Shown: positions 1-10,474 of the stretch, one piece after another
Layout of the letters: every line of letters begins with the position of its first letter
Numbering within the stretch: position 1 is the first letter of the stretch
IMG/VR virus record: IMGVR_UViG_3300034105_004634
DNA length: 64,000 nt
Source: an uncultured virus (IMG/VR IMGVR_UViG_3300034105_004634)
Taxonomy: Duplodnaviria > Heunggongvirae > Uroviricota > Caudoviricetes
Reading direction: 5' to 3' (one strand)
Program-made: the position numbers and the translations under genes
Notes under the pieces: model-generated
What the model was told of the DNA's origin: nothing
The model's input: only the letters and a program-made list of their open reading frames with translations
Databases searched by the model: none

Positions 1-96
1 TAAGAATTATCTGGAGCTTGAGAGAATACCATAGATCGATTTATCTGGTATTCCCATAGGTGAAAGAACTGATTGGATTCTCAAGGATCTCTCCCT

Positions 97-324
97 TTAG
101 ATCATCCCCTTTGCTTTAAACATGTTATAGCTGACTTTTATTTCTTTGGCATCAAAGTCATCGCTTCTTAATATAATTTCATATTCTCCAGGTTCCTCCA
201 CTATATAGCGATCCCCCATATATTTAACCTTGTCACCTCTTCTTAGGGATTTGAATTGATCCATAGTTGTTTGTCCTCCCGATGTGTTTTGAGAGTAATC
301 TTCGAATATTTGTAAGTGTTTCAT
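97..324 (-). CDS. hypothetical protein with capsid-targeting-like leader
   Basis: 75-aa ORF; N-terminus MKHLQIFEDY matches the recurrent leader. Confidence 0.6.
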   Translation of the reverse strand: MKHLQIFEDYSQNTSGGQTTMDQFKSLRRGDKVKYMGDRYIVEEPGEYEIILRSDDFDAKEIKVSYNMFKAKGMI

Positions 325-326
325 AA

Positions 327-740
327 TTAGTAGGTTATATCTTTCCAGGAATCTAATATTGCTGCATTAGCATCCAGAAATTTTTTAAAGTTTTTTTCTA
401 AAACAGACTCTTTCCACATTGGGGTTTTTCCATTCTTAGCATTTAGCATAACTCTGGGTCCATTAAGACCAACCATTTTCTTTATGTAACCATCATCATA
501 AACTACAGACACAGCTTTAAAGTTGCCATCTTGTTTTGCTATTCTGTACACTTGAGGTTCTAGATGTGCCATCCTACCTCCTCCAGCTGGGGTTATCTTT
601 TTAATTTTAAAAGCATAAAGTCTTTTTACACCTTTAATTTCCACACCTCTAACAAGCAATATACCATCGCTAATCCAATCTTGATTATTCGCTGGGGTAT
701 TTTCGTTTATAAACGAATCGAAGTTTAATATTTTTTCCAT
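327..740 (-). CDS. hypothetical protein with capsid-targeting-like leader (start corrected to 740)
   Basis: MEKILNFDSFINE begins at ATG 740 just after an AATATATA motif; the upstream extension in the ORF track overlaps the + strand gene. Confidence 0.65.
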   Translation of the reverse strand: MEKILNFDSFINENTPANNQDWISDGILLVRGVEIKGVKRLYAFKIKKITPAGGGRMAHLEPQVYRIAKQDGNFKAVSVVYDDGYIKKMVGLNGPRVMLNAKNGKTPMWKESVLEKNFKKFLDANAAILDSWKDITY

Positions 741-789
741 GTTGTATATATTCAAGTTAAAGAAGATATATAGAATAAAAATTGAAGTC

Positions 790-1062
790 ATGAAAAAATT
801 CTTCCTCGATATGTTTTCCAACGGCAGCGAGGTCTCATCAAAAAGAGTTACCTCCATATTTGTTTTGGTTAATGTTGTATTATTAGCATATGTAGCTACA
901 TTCAGATCTAAAGATGGTGTAACTCCAGAATTTATGTATGATGCACTTTGCCTTATAGCTGGTGGAGGACTAGGATTAACAGTGATTGAAAAAATGGTAA
1001 ATCTGAAATATAAGGGAAAAGATGAAACCCCATCAGATTCTGATCCCAATCAAAATTTATAA
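790..1062 (+). CDS. small two-TM membrane protein (holin-like)
   Basis: ATG 790 after GATATATA at 765; SSKRV followed by two hydrophobic helices. Confidence 0.55.
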   Translation: MKKFFLDMFSNGSEVSSKRVTSIFVLVNVVLLAYVATFRSKDGVTPEFMYDALCLIAGGGLGLTVIEKMVNLKYKGKDETPSDSDPNQNL

Positions 1063-1064
1063 AA

Positions 1065-1337
1065 ATGGAAAATCTTAAAAGCTACGAAAGATATCTAGAC
1101 TTCGTTGGAGAAAATTGGGATGCTGATATGCAAAAAGAGTCATGCATGAGTGAGAAAGCGATGTCTAAGATGAAAAAACTTTGCAGAAAGCATCTGATTA
1201 GAGAGGCTAATGAATATCATAATGACATGAACGGTGGACACACATATGATAAATATGTTAATGAATGTCAGAATATGCTGAAAGAAATGTTGGGTCAGCC
1301 TGGATACCAGGGAATACATAAGACTTCAGCTGAATAG
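1065..1337 (+). CDS. hypothetical protein with leader motif
   Basis: 90-aa ORF beginning MENLKSYERY. Confidence 0.55.
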   Translation: MENLKSYERYLDFVGENWDADMQKESCMSEKAMSKMKKLCRKHLIREANEYHNDMNGGHTYDKYVNECQNMLKEMLGQPGYQGIHKTSAE

Positions 1338-1364
1338 AAAGAGGTATCTCAATTCCACCTTTTA

Positions 1365-1922
1365 TTAGTTTCTATCGAATGTTTTTTCGTAAACCTCTTC
1401 GATGGCTTTTGTTCCATCACTATCGATTTCTCTAGTTCCTATTCCTGCAAAATTATTGGTTAGTGTTGGTGTTTCGGTTGATAACCAGAATCCATTGGTG
1501 TACTTATACCATTTCTTAGCCAATTGACAGAAAACAAAAACATCGATTCCTTTATCTATTGCCATCTGAACAGCCCAACCAGTTCCTCCGCTTACTAGAT
1601 TATTTTCGATTCTGGATATGGCAAACACTGAATCTGATTTTGCAACCTGAAACCAATTTCTTCTTAGCAGATTATTTACATATGCGTTTCTAGTCGGATA
1701 GCTTCTTTTTAGTGTCTTGTTTGCTTTGGTAAGATCGTTGTCTATAACCTTCATCAATTCGTCGGTCATTTTTATGGATGCGTTTCCCTTTGGTGTTTTA
1801 TATCCATCAATAAAGTAATGATTGAATTCGGTTAAACCAAATCGACGACCGGTGATCTCCCAGGTGATATCCGCTCCTATTGCTCCGCCAGAATGTAAAA
1901 CATATGCCTCCTTATTCATCAC
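1365..1922 (-). CDS. SLOG-superfamily nucleotide-binding protein
   Basis: HSGGAxGAD, SGGTGWAVQMA and FAGIGTR motifs. Confidence 0.65.
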   Translation of the reverse strand: MMNKEAYVLHSGGAIGADITWEITGRRFGLTEFNHYFIDGYKTPKGNASIKMTDELMKVIDNDLTKANKTLKRSYPTRNAYVNNLLRRNWFQVAKSDSVFAISRIENNLVSGGTGWAVQMAIDKGIDVFVFCQLAKKWYKYTNGFWLSTETPTLTNNFAGIGTREIDSDGTKAIEEVYEKTFDRN

Positions 1923-1929
1923 TGCTGGT

Positions 1930-2388
1930 CTACTCCGGTTTCGGTTGGCAATCCTCGACTGCTATTGATTTCTTATTCTTATAATATTCCCGATGAACGT
2001 CCGCAAGGAAGGAGATCTCATCTGGCGAAAGAAATTTCATCATCAACCTTAAAACTGTCGGCATAACCACACTCTCGTGAAAAATCAATGGCATTTCCTT
2101 GTACCCATTTTTCTTTCCCTCTTCCCAATCCTCAGGATCATTGATGTTGCTTTCGTGAGTGTGTGTCTTGTGTTGGTAGAACTGACCATCGTAATAACTA
2201 AACTCTGATATCTCACCAACTATGCCATCCAATTTTTTAACGTCGTTATAAAATTGATCTGAACCTTTGTCCTCTATGTACTTTTTAAATTCGTGGAGAA
2301 TTTCTGGAAATTCTTTTTCATGGATTTTAAATTCTTCAGAATCAAGACCAATTTTATCCCAAAGTATGTATGAGTATAAGCTTTCCAT
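1930..2388 (-). CDS. hypothetical protein
   Basis: 152-aa ORF, translationally coupled to the upstream gene. Confidence 0.55.
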   Translation of the reverse strand: MESLYSYILWDKIGLDSEEFKIHEKEFPEILHEFKKYIEDKGSDQFYNDVKKLDGIVGEISEFSYYDGQFYQHKTHTHESNINDPEDWEEGKKNGYKEMPLIFHESVVMPTVLRLMMKFLSPDEISFLADVHREYYKNKKSIAVEDCQPKPE

Positions 2389-3275
2389 TATTTTTTCTTT
2401 TTGAAGTACTTACTCATAATATGTGTAATGATATTATGGTTCTTTTCCGTACATGTTATGGTTATATAGTTTTTTGATGCGTTCTCGGTGTGTACTAATG
2501 CATATCTGCTTCTCAATACAGTCTCAACCATTGGCATCAATGCTGGACTATCAACGGATTGGATTTCCGATAAATTATATCCCTCCGAACTTTCAACCAA
2601 AAATATACCCTCGTTTGTTGCTAAGTTGCTTCTCCCTATAACAACTCTACCGTCCGTCCACTTAATAGCTGGATTTATTAGGATATCAATTTCACCTCTA
2701 TACGTTCCGCATTTGTAGATAGTTCCAATATGGGTTGATGAATCATGGTCGCTTGGTTCAAATCCTTCAACCCCGATAAAATGACGTAATAATCCTGGAC
2801 TGATTATAACAAAGTTTGCTCTTCCCATTCTGGATGAAACCGCTATCATATTTGATAATAAATCGATTCTTCCCAGCAAAGAACCTTTCTTAGATATATT
2901 GACCATTGGTACATATTCTGTCCATTTATGGGCAAAATTCTGAATCTCAGTCCATAGTTTTCTATTCGACACGTAACCCAGGAGCTTCATTTTCTTATAG
3001 ATGTGTTTTTCCTGACCCTGTTCGGCTTCGCTTAGGAGTGTTGATCTTAGCATCCCTCCATAATCGACCCCAATCGCACTGAGATCCTTCACCTGTTCAG
3101 TACTTACTGTGGATTTAACCTGGTACGTCTCAAGTTGAGCATGTTTAGATTTTGCTGTGACTTCAATTTCATTTGTTCCATCAGCATTGTTTTTTAATTC
3201 ATGTGCCAAGTATGTTATACTTGCATGCCCACTATCCACTTGGGATACTGCTATGTACTTCTTAATTTCGCTCAT
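2388..3275 (-). CDS. truncated, divergent T4 gp23-like major capsid paralog
   Basis: VTAKS...EQVKDLSAIGVD...LLSE, SNMIAVSSRMGRANFVIISP and RSRYA resemble gp23 core motifs; only 295 aa. Confidence 0.6.
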   Translation of the reverse strand: MSEIKKYIAVSQVDSGHASITYLAHELKNNADGTNEIEVTAKSKHAQLETYQVKSTVSTEQVKDLSAIGVDYGGMLRSTLLSEAEQGQEKHIYKKMKLLGYVSNRKLWTEIQNFAHKWTEYVPMVNISKKGSLLGRIDLLSNMIAVSSRMGRANFVIISPGLLRHFIGVEGFEPSDHDSSTHIGTIYKCGTYRGEIDILINPAIKWTDGRVVIGRSNLATNEGIFLVESSEGYNLSEIQSVDSPALMPMVETVLRSRYALVHTENASKNYITITCTEKNHNIITHIMSKYFKKKK

Positions 3276-3458
3276 TTTCTATTTGTTTATTTTGTTTATC
3301 ATGATACTTTTTTATTTCTTCCTGCCTTATTTATTTCGGTAAGTAAAGCGCCAAAGGCTGAATCTATATCGGTGTATTGTTGTATTCCGTATCTGGAGCA
3401 CACTGCTATCATATTAATTTAATTTATAATTTATATAAAATAAAGAGGTTTTGTTCCA

Positions 3459-3490
3459 TAAAAAATCCGAAATATAATTTCGGATTTTTT
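3459..3490. terminator. intrinsic terminator
   Basis: aaaaaatccgaaat-ata-atttcggatttttt inverted repeat with A/T tails. Confidence 0.7.
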
Positions 3491-3491
3491 A

Positions 3492-3632
3492 TTAATATAT
3501 TCTCCAATCTGGAATGGTTATTATTTTTTCCTTTGCTGGTCTTTTAACCTTTGATTTTTTAGGAAATTCAATGTCCTCATCAATTTTATTAATGAATGAT
3601 TTAAAAGTTTTTATGTTCTCGAAAGCTTTCAT
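3492..3632 (-). CDS. 46-aa protein with leader motif (not in ORF track)
   Basis: Translated by hand: MKAFENIKTFKSFINKIDEDIEFPKKSKVKRPAKEKIITIPDWRIY*. Confidence 0.5.
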   Translation of the reverse strand: MKAFENIKTFKSFINKIDEDIEFPKKSKVKRPAKEKIITIPDWRIY

Positions 3633-3633
3633 T

Positions 3634-4380
3634 TTAAGTTATTATTTTTGCTGCTATATTCTCAACGAATGCCTTCATATCTGCGGGTGATATTTTATCT
3701 ACCGAGTCCTCCATGCTGTGACATAGAAATAGAACTTCAAAATCTAAGCATGTCCCGTCCGAACAAACAACTGGTGTTTTCTTATCAGTTGGAGGTAAAG
3801 GATTGATAACAACTGAATCTATGCCATTTTTTCTGAATATCACAGAATCATTAAATGGAGTTCTAATTATTGGACAATCGAAGATGGATTGGATATGATC
3901 TGTTAATGGCCCTGGGTAGTCTCCCAGAAAGAAATCTTCTCCCCCTCTTCCAGTTAATTCGAAATTAAGTACCCATTTGACATCACCAAAATCCCCCGAG
4001 TTTATTCTTTCGCTTAGATATTGAGATCCAAAGCCACCATATTCCTCGCCGTCTAATATCGAAACGTTTATGGATGGTACAAGTTTTTTGAGTGCAATGG
4101 CATTAATAACAGAGCAACTGTTATCGTTTGCATTATCTGATTTGGGATTAACTATATCATGATGAGCTACAACAAACTGGTTTGAATTGCCAATTAGATT
4201 GATATTAAATCCATCTGTTTCCTCATCAACCGGGAAACGATCAATCTCGTATTTAATTCCCTCCTTCTCGAGAAGAGCAACTATGAACTCCAGCCTTGGT
4301 GTAAGCTCCTTCCCATTATCGAAAATAGGTCCTACATTTTTGGCTGCGCAGAGTCCATAAATTTCGTTGTATATACTCAT
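3634..4380 (-). CDS. M28-family Zn peptidase
   Basis: VAHHD, ANDNSCS, DGEE, NFELTG and CHSMED metal-ligand motifs. Confidence 0.8.
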   Translation of the reverse strand: MSIYNEIYGLCAAKNVGPIFDNGKELTPRLEFIVALLEKEGIKYEIDRFPVDEETDGFNINLIGNSNQFVVAHHDIVNPKSDNANDNSCSVINAIALKKLVPSINVSILDGEEYGGFGSQYLSERINSGDFGDVKWVLNFELTGRGGEDFFLGDYPGPLTDHIQSIFDCPIIRTPFNDSVIFRKNGIDSVVINPLPPTDKKTPVVCSDGTCLDFEVLFLCHSMEDSVDKISPADMKAFVENIAAKIIT

Positions 4381-4448
4381 CAGTTTATTTAATTTAACTA
4401 TATATCATCCTCTGAATCAGACCATGACTATAACGTGAATTAATCACA

Positions 4449-4856
4449 TTATTTTTTTGATTTTATTAGGTTAAGTGCTTTTTCTATTCCCACCTCTAAT
4501 GCTTCTTCGTAGGTTTTAAATTCTTCTAGCTTTGTTCGTATCTCTGAAAATCCAAAAATCTGTGATTTTTGTTTTATTGAATAATCAAAAAGAATGACCT
4601 CACCATCCTCTATTGATGAAACAGTAACGTATATTCTATGTTCGTCCCTTAGCCATTTTTGAATTAGTGATTGTGTTGGTGCACAATAACTAACTTTGGC
4701 TCTATCCTTAAGATCGCTATTATTTGTGCATTTTACTGTTCCCATAAGGGAAAGTTGCCATTTATGTTCCCAGTAATATCTACTATCGCAGGGTATTTTA
4801 AATCCCTTATCTCTAGCTAACTTAGCTGTTTCGAATAATATTACATCATCTCTCAT
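4449..4856 (-). CDS. paralog family member (ETAKLA/APTQ/TYEEAL)
   Basis: Three conserved blocks shared with six other ORFs. Confidence 0.7.
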   Translation of the reverse strand: MRDDVILFETAKLARDKGFKIPCDSRYYWEHKWQLSLMGTVKCTNNSDLKDRAKVSYCAPTQSLIQKWLRDEHRIYVTVSSIEDGEVILFDYSIKQKSQIFGFSEIRTKLEEFKTYEEALEVGIEKALNLIKSKK

Positions 4857-5263
4857 TGTATCAATTTTAGTCCTTCTTGTAAACCTATCTCTAATGCTTC
4901 CTCGTAGCTATTGAACCATCGGTCTTCTCGATTCTTTGCTATTATAATCGTTCCTCTGTCCGGATGGTCTATTTCAACTTCCCATGCCACGAAATCAGTT
5001 GTTGGTGTAACCACTATGGGTGTTTTCCGTTCTCTTAACCATTTTTGTAATAGAGCGTGTGTCGGTGCTTGTATTGCATCCCTTCCAGCATCATATGTTT
5101 CAATAGCCCCGCAGCTGCATGAATTAACATCCCTGTCGTCACAGTAGCACTCATATAATTCAGCCAGCTCACCGTGCTCGTCAAAATATTTTGATTGTCT
5201 TGCTATAAATCCTTTCCCCTGGGCTAGTTTAGCAGTCTCTAAATTTATTACGTCTTCTTGCAT
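4853..5263 (-). CDS. paralog family member
   Basis: ETAKLAQGKGF, APTHALLQKWLRE, SYEEALEIGL. Confidence 0.7.
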   Translation of the reverse strand: MQEDVINLETAKLAQGKGFIARQSKYFDEHGELAELYECYCDDRDVNSCSCGAIETYDAGRDAIQAPTHALLQKWLRERKTPIVVTPTTDFVAWEVEIDHPDRGTIIIAKNREDRWFNSYEEALEIGLQEGLKLIQ

Positions 5264-5278
5264 GTCTCTTTATTATTT

Positions 5279-5312
5279 TGCAAATGTATGAAATCTTTTC
5301 GAATAAAAAAAA
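5279..5312 (-). promoter_or_regulatory. Bacteroidota-type promoter (TAnnTTTG) with upstream CG and T-tract
   Basis: Minus strand T-run..CG-N11-TACATTTGCA; one of 13 copies. Confidence 0.75.
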
Positions 5313-5338
5313 TCCCGGATGATATATTCGGGATTTTT
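5305..5338 (-). terminator. intrinsic terminator after the NAMPT-like gene
   Basis: aatcccg/cgggatt hairpin with T-tail on the minus strand. Confidence 0.7.
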
Positions 5339-5359
5339 AATTTGTATGGTGTGTATCGA

Positions 5360-6868
5360 TTAAGAATTTCTTAATTTTGTTCTAATATCCTCCAACGAAG
5401 TCTGATTAAAGAACTCACCATCAACATAGATATTTTTTAACTCACCAACACCTTCAACGCCCCAATCAACTTTGTCAATTAAGAAATATTCCCCGCTTGG
5501 ATTTTTAGCTACGTGTAAAAGACCGGTTGCGGATTTCTTAGTCCCATCATCAGTCACAGGATCTTTAAAAATCTCACGTCCAATTGTTCTAATTCCTGGT
5601 TCCAGACTCTCCTGTGAAGCAAAGAACTCCTCATCCAATTCTACGTATGTTGCTTTAACCGCTCCGCCCTGATTATCCCTTGTTGCATATCCCATTGAAT
5701 ATGAACCAACACCCAGCACAACATTAGTTGAAGCAAATCCCTTAGCTTTTAATCTTTTACATATTTCGTCCGCTCTTTCCAGTGTTATTGAATCACCATA
5801 TATTGCTCCAATATGCGAATCAAGTATTTTGTAACCTTGCTCGTTAATAGTACCTCCAAATACATTCCAAAGTAATTCAATAACTCCCTTGTGCTCATTA
5901 TTAGAAATTCCTGGGAGTCCATTGTATGGCTTTCCACAAAGAATATCTACGGGATCACCAGAATCAGGTCGAATAACCAATTTACCATCTCTTGCTAGAA
6001 TTTGATCTTTCAATTCAGTAACAAATTTTGTGCAAACCTGCCAAAGGTCGAAAGAATCACTAACCATTGAAACTATCCCTGACGGAAACTGTTTCATTAT
6101 TCTTCTGAATGATTCTATTTCATCTTCCTTTCCGTATGATGTTACAACCGCATGCTCGCTAGAGGGAACGCTAAATCCTACACTCTCACCAGAATAATAA
6201 TACTTGGCTGCTTTTAATGCTGGTATAGTATCTGTTCCGCTAAAGCTTGTTAGAAATCCCATTCCCGACGATATTGCGCTTTCTGGGTGTTGCATTCCTC
6301 TAAAACTAAAATCGTGACCTTGAAAATCTACAAATGGTATGTTTTCTTTATCAGTCTCATTTGCATGTTTAACTAATAATTTTTTGTAACCATTAGCAAT
6401 CGATGCTGAATGCATGGGTTTCCAAAGGAGACTTGATATTAGGGTTTCTAGAAAATTAGGTAACCAATAAAAATCAGGATGAGTATTATAAATGGTCATC
6501 ACTGGGATTTTCTCTCCAACTATGCTACCTTCTCTTAGAGCTTTAACCTTTATTGGTAGATAACCAAGGTCATGCAGTGCCTCAAAATGCGATACATCAT
6601 AATCTGTACATAGATATGATGAGAGATAACTTTTAGCTTCACCTACAACTTCATCTTTTGGTACATTAAAGAAATTTTCGTTGTATAGGTCATGAATATA
6701 TTTTAGTGTGTATTGTATACCAAATACCACAATATCTTTAGCCAAATCCGGCATATATTTTACATTTCTTGGTGTAAAATTGGAATATACTAATTTTGTA
6801 CCTTCAGGATACATTTTATGGTGGCTTGTTTTATAGCCATCCGTCATTAATAATGGATTCTGTTTCAT
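5360..6868 (-). CDS. nadV: nicotinamide phosphoribosyltransferase family (NAMPT/Namat-like)
   Basis: TDGYKTSH, HDFSFRG, SEH, IRPDSGDP, IYGDSIT and KDPVTDDGTKKS motifs. Confidence 0.92.
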   Translation of the reverse strand: MKQNPLLMTDGYKTSHHKMYPEGTKLVYSNFTPRNVKYMPDLAKDIVVFGIQYTLKYIHDLYNENFFNVPKDEVVGEAKSYLSSYLCTDYDVSHFEALHDLGYLPIKVKALREGSIVGEKIPVMTIYNTHPDFYWLPNFLETLISSLLWKPMHSASIANGYKKLLVKHANETDKENIPFVDFQGHDFSFRGMQHPESAISSGMGFLTSFSGTDTIPALKAAKYYYSGESVGFSVPSSEHAVVTSYGKEDEIESFRRIMKQFPSGIVSMVSDSFDLWQVCTKFVTELKDQILARDGKLVIRPDSGDPVDILCGKPYNGLPGISNNEHKGVIELLWNVFGGTINEQGYKILDSHIGAIYGDSITLERADEICKRLKAKGFASTNVVLGVGSYSMGYATRDNQGGAVKATYVELDEEFFASQESLEPGIRTIGREIFKDPVTDDGTKKSATGLLHVAKNPSGEYFLIDKVDWGVEGVGELKNIYVDGEFFNQTSLEDIRTKLRNS

Positions 6869-6920
6869 TTTAATTGAAATATTTAATTGCGTTATTATTT
6901 ATATTTTTTAAATTTTATAA

Positions 6921-6954
6921 TGCAAATGTAATTAATATTATCGAATAATAAAAA
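6921..6954 (-). promoter_or_regulatory. TAnnTTTG-type promoter
   Basis: tgcaaatgta-N11-cg motif upstream of the NAMPT-like gene. Confidence 0.7.
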
Positions 6955-6966
6955 TATTTTTATTTT

Positions 6967-7803
6967 TTATCTTGTCGCCATGCATATTCCAGAATCTGAA
7001 TTTAATTTAAACCCTCTATGGATAAAAAAATCTGATATACCCTTTAAATCACCAGCGTCCAGATTATCATCCTCGAAGATTATAAAATCAGGTATATTTT
7101 CATCCCTCAGTGACATTAATAACTTGGCATCCAACCCTTCCACATCCAGATGTAACCAATCAACCTTACCATATCCATCAATTAAATCATTGAAACTTGT
7201 GGATGTTCTTGTTGACGAGTGTATGGGTTCGGTTTCCCAGCTTCTTATAACTCTCTCGACCACACTGTTTGTATAGCCTGCTCCTCCTTCAAAGAACTCA
7301 ACCTCGCCACCATCGGTTGTGATGATATCGTTCATCATGATTATTCCTGGAACCCCTGAGAAATTTTGATGCAGTTTATCAAATTGCTTTTGTGATGCTT
7401 CAACTAGTAGCATGTCTGATATGGATTCAAAGGATAAAGGAACCCATTCACCAAATTCACCATCGTGAGTTCCTACCGAAATTCCTCTCGGGTTTACGCC
7501 ATTATCCATTAGTGATTTGCAATATAACCATAGAGCTTTATAAAAAATACTTCCGTGCTGAATCACGTCCCATTTATAAACATAAATCTCTGCTCCTTTT
7601 GAGTTCTCAACAACAACCTCATTTGTTTCATTGCTAGGAAATTCCGCCCACATAAAACTTCCAAGATCAGTTTTCCAAACTACCTCCTTCGAGATGACTT
7701 TTCTTATTTTAAAAATGAGCGGGAGCTGTTCTTCTGTAAATGAATGTGACAGATCCAGCGTGTCTATTCGGATCTTACCTCCAGAGTAGTCTATATTAAT
7801 CAT
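6967..7803 (-). CDS. FkbM-family methyltransferase
   Basis: VGTHDG, LLVEAS and WLHLDVEGLD..L motifs. Confidence 0.7.
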   Translation of the reverse strand: MINIDYSGGKIRIDTLDLSHSFTEEQLPLIFKIRKVISKEVVWKTDLGSFMWAEFPSNETNEVVVENSKGAEIYVYKWDVIQHGSIFYKALWLYCKSLMDNGVNPRGISVGTHDGEFGEWVPLSFESISDMLLVEASQKQFDKLHQNFSGVPGIIMMNDIITTDGGEVEFFEGGAGYTNSVVERVIRSWETEPIHSSTRTSTSFNDLIDGYGKVDWLHLDVEGLDAKLLMSLRDENIPDFIIFEDDNLDAGDLKGISDFFIHRGFKLNSDSGICMATR

Positions 7804-8728
7804 GTTCTATAACATTATGTTTTACATCTTGTATTATTTTAGTAATATCATATTGAATTGAATCAACTTCAAGTACTACATTCTTATAATTCGTCTTATT
7901 AAAACCGAGATCTATAATCAGAAATTCCGATATTGTATATTCTTCCGTATAACCGTCAATAATTAATTTTATCTGAGCTGATGTGTCATAAAAAAATAAT
8001 TTTATGGTATCTACACTTGGATCAAATTCAGAATCATTCTTACCTATAAAAATTTTAATCCCTGGTATTGGCGAATAATCGAAAAAGTCAAGATCCTTAT
8101 AATAATATATTGAATCCTCCACTGGAATTTCCTCTATATCATAGCCAATAATATCTTGTAAACTATGCAACCATGAAAATGCATCACCATTAGTTGAAGA
8201 TAAATAGTTTTCTAATGTTATACGAGAGGTAAAATTTCTTAAATTTTCTTTATTGAAAATCATATAATGTAATCCAACAGCCCAAATTATATCTTCCCTC
8301 TTTGACGGATAAACGGAGCAAGTCTTATCTGATAAAAACCCAACAATAACATTTTGATCTATTATTGTATCATAAATGATATGATGGAATTGATCATAGT
8401 CCAGTGAGATTGCAATATCGCTCAATTGTTTAACCTGTGATAATCCAGAAAATCCATAATCCGGGTATGTCCTTACAAATTTGTATGCCTTATCACCGTA
8501 GTTTTTAATTACCCAGCCACACATGGATTTTTGTGGCCAATCTAATACTGGGTTGTCCTTGGTCAGAAAAAAATAGTCGCATAATTCTGCTATGTTTCTT
8601 TCAAGATAAAATGGACTAATCACCATAACGTCAATACCATGAGATTTTATGGTGATTATATTATTCTCCAGTACTTCCAGTTTTTCCTTTGTGTCGCAAA
8701 ATGTGCTTATTAATGCGATTTTTTTCAT
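7796..8728 (-). CDS. hypothetical protein, possibly glycan-modifying
   Basis: 310-aa ORF next to FkbM; loosely glycosyltransferase-like N-terminus (IALIST...IIYD). Confidence 0.45.
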   Translation of the reverse strand: MKKIALISTFCDTKEKLEVLENNIITIKSHGIDVMVISPFYLERNIAELCDYFFLTKDNPVLDWPQKSMCGWVIKNYGDKAYKFVRTYPDYGFSGLSQVKQLSDIAISLDYDQFHHIIYDTIIDQNVIVGFLSDKTCSVYPSKREDIIWAVGLHYMIFNKENLRNFTSRITLENYLSSTNGDAFSWLHSLQDIIGYDIEEIPVEDSIYYYKDLDFFDYSPIPGIKIFIGKNDSEFDPSVDTIKLFFYDTSAQIKLIIDGYTEEYTISEFLIIDLGFNKTNYKNVVLEVDSIQYDITKIIQDVKHNVIEHD

Positions 8729-9182
8729 TCAGTCTCAATCTTTTCAATATAAACTTCTATCTCATCTCCATCATCACCCTCATATTTTAGATCATACTTG
8801 TAAGATCCTGGTACATACGACCCGGGGAATTTATCGGTGTCAGGGTCAAACCTTGAAAGTCTTGTCCAATCATCGATATCATCATAAATTTCTTCCTCTA
8901 ATTCATCGATATTCCCATCCGATTCGATTTCAAATTCAACCGCAACTTTAGCTGTTACGTATTGACTCATGTAAATTTTATATTTCATATTATTCCTTTA
9001 TTAGTGTATAAACCTCCTCAACCGATGCATCCCTTGTCCCATACTTTAATGATCCCTCTGATTTAAGGATTGCATTGATTATATCATGATCTGATGGCGG
9101 GGTATCCTGTATAGTTGTGTAGGTTCCGCTATGATCGCCAAAGTTATAGGTTCTCACTATGATCTTGTACCTTTTGATTAAT

Positions 9183-9737
9183 TTATTCCCTCCCATACTC
9201 ACCTGGTTTTATCCTACCCGATTTAATCTCCTCGTCTATAAATTCAATGGCATGATGCAAAAACCAATTTATCCCTCCGCCGAATGACCCTGGGTGGATA
9301 TGGATGCCCTCGACGATTTTATCGTTGATAACGAGACGGTCACCTCTTCCTCTTTCGACTGAGTATTCTGGTAATCTGTATTTGCTGCGGAGAATCCCGA
9401 TAGCTTCCCAATACGTAGAACATTTTTCGTGAAGTTCATCATATTCCTTGCTAGGTTGATAAATATTTTCACACCTTTCGTTAACCACGTAAAAACCAAC
9501 GCCAAAGGTGTGCCCTCTGTCGCCAAACATAAGGCGTGATTCAGTACTCTTAATGATGCTAAACATGCTTCCTTCGTATTGTGTAACAAGTTCTCCCCAG
9601 TGATTTTCATATTGTCTCTTAATTTTGCCAGGTTCCATAGGCTTAACCGATTCTATTGAATCTGCTATCGTTCTACCATTTATGTTTTTAATGATTGGAA
9701 ATTTAATGCCATTCCATATTGATTCCTCTTTATCCAT
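9183..9737 (-). CDS. hypothetical protein
   Basis: 184-aa ORF in the operon. Confidence 0.5.
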   Translation of the reverse strand: MDKEESIWNGIKFPIIKNINGRTIADSIESVKPMEPGKIKRQYENHWGELVTQYEGSMFSIIKSTESRLMFGDRGHTFGVGFYVVNERCENIYQPSKEYDELHEKCSTYWEAIGILRSKYRLPEYSVERGRGDRLVINDKIVEGIHIHPGSFGGGINWFLHHAIEFIDEEIKSGRIKPGEYGRE

Positions 9738-9994
9738 CGCTGTTCAATTTTTTAGAAAGATCCACGAAGGCAGTATAACCAAGCTTCTGAATCTCCATGA
9801 TAAGATCTATTGCACGAATATCAACATTGAGTTCATCACAGCATTTCAGTGCATTTTCCATATCCAATTTAACCCCTGCATCTATCAGATCCATTGCTTT
9901 ATCAAATCCCTTTTCTGTTATGATGGAACCACCTTCCAGAAATCCACCTTCTCTTAGTTTATTGCACCAATAAACAAAAAGTATAGCTTGTTCT

Positions 9995-10474
9995 TTACTC
10001 TTCTCGAAGTTCATTTTTCACGAGTGTTAATGCTTGTCCTAATAAATTAAGGCCCAGCCAATATGATGGATCCTCCACACCTTGTGCATTCTCGTCCATT
10101 CCTATACCCCATTGGCTGTCGAAGGGTGAAGCCTCTACGAAGAATCTATTTCCTGTTGCCAGCATTTCCTTCTTTAGATCCTCATTCTGCGAGAATTTGG
10201 CTAGATTGCCTTCGTATACAATTGCCAATGAGTTCCTATCCCACGTGGATCTATCGAAACCTTTAACCATTCTACCGAACTTCTTTTGCTCCTTTGGATT
10301 TTTCTCCAACATAATCAATTCAGCAGTTTCTTCATCTCCAAAAAGCAATGCCTTTTGGTGCATCATGTATTGCTCACATGAGTTATATTCAATTCTGTCA
10401 ATGATCATATTTGCTTTATGCCACTGAGAGTAAATTCCGTTCCAGAAAAATACGTATTTGCTTGTTGTTTTCAT
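9995..10474 (-). CDS. NADAR (YbiA) family ADP-ribose hydrolase
   Basis: SQW, EQYMMHQKA.LFGD, KFSQN, VEASPFD..WGIG and NLLG motifs. Confidence 0.9.
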   Translation of the reverse strand: MKTTSKYVFFWNGIYSQWHKANMIIDRIEYNSCEQYMMHQKALLFGDEETAELIMLEKNPKEQKKFGRMVKGFDRSTWDRNSLAIVYEGNLAKFSQNEDLKKEMLATGNRFFVEASPFDSQWGIGMDENAQGVEDPSYWLGLNLLGQALTLVKNELREE

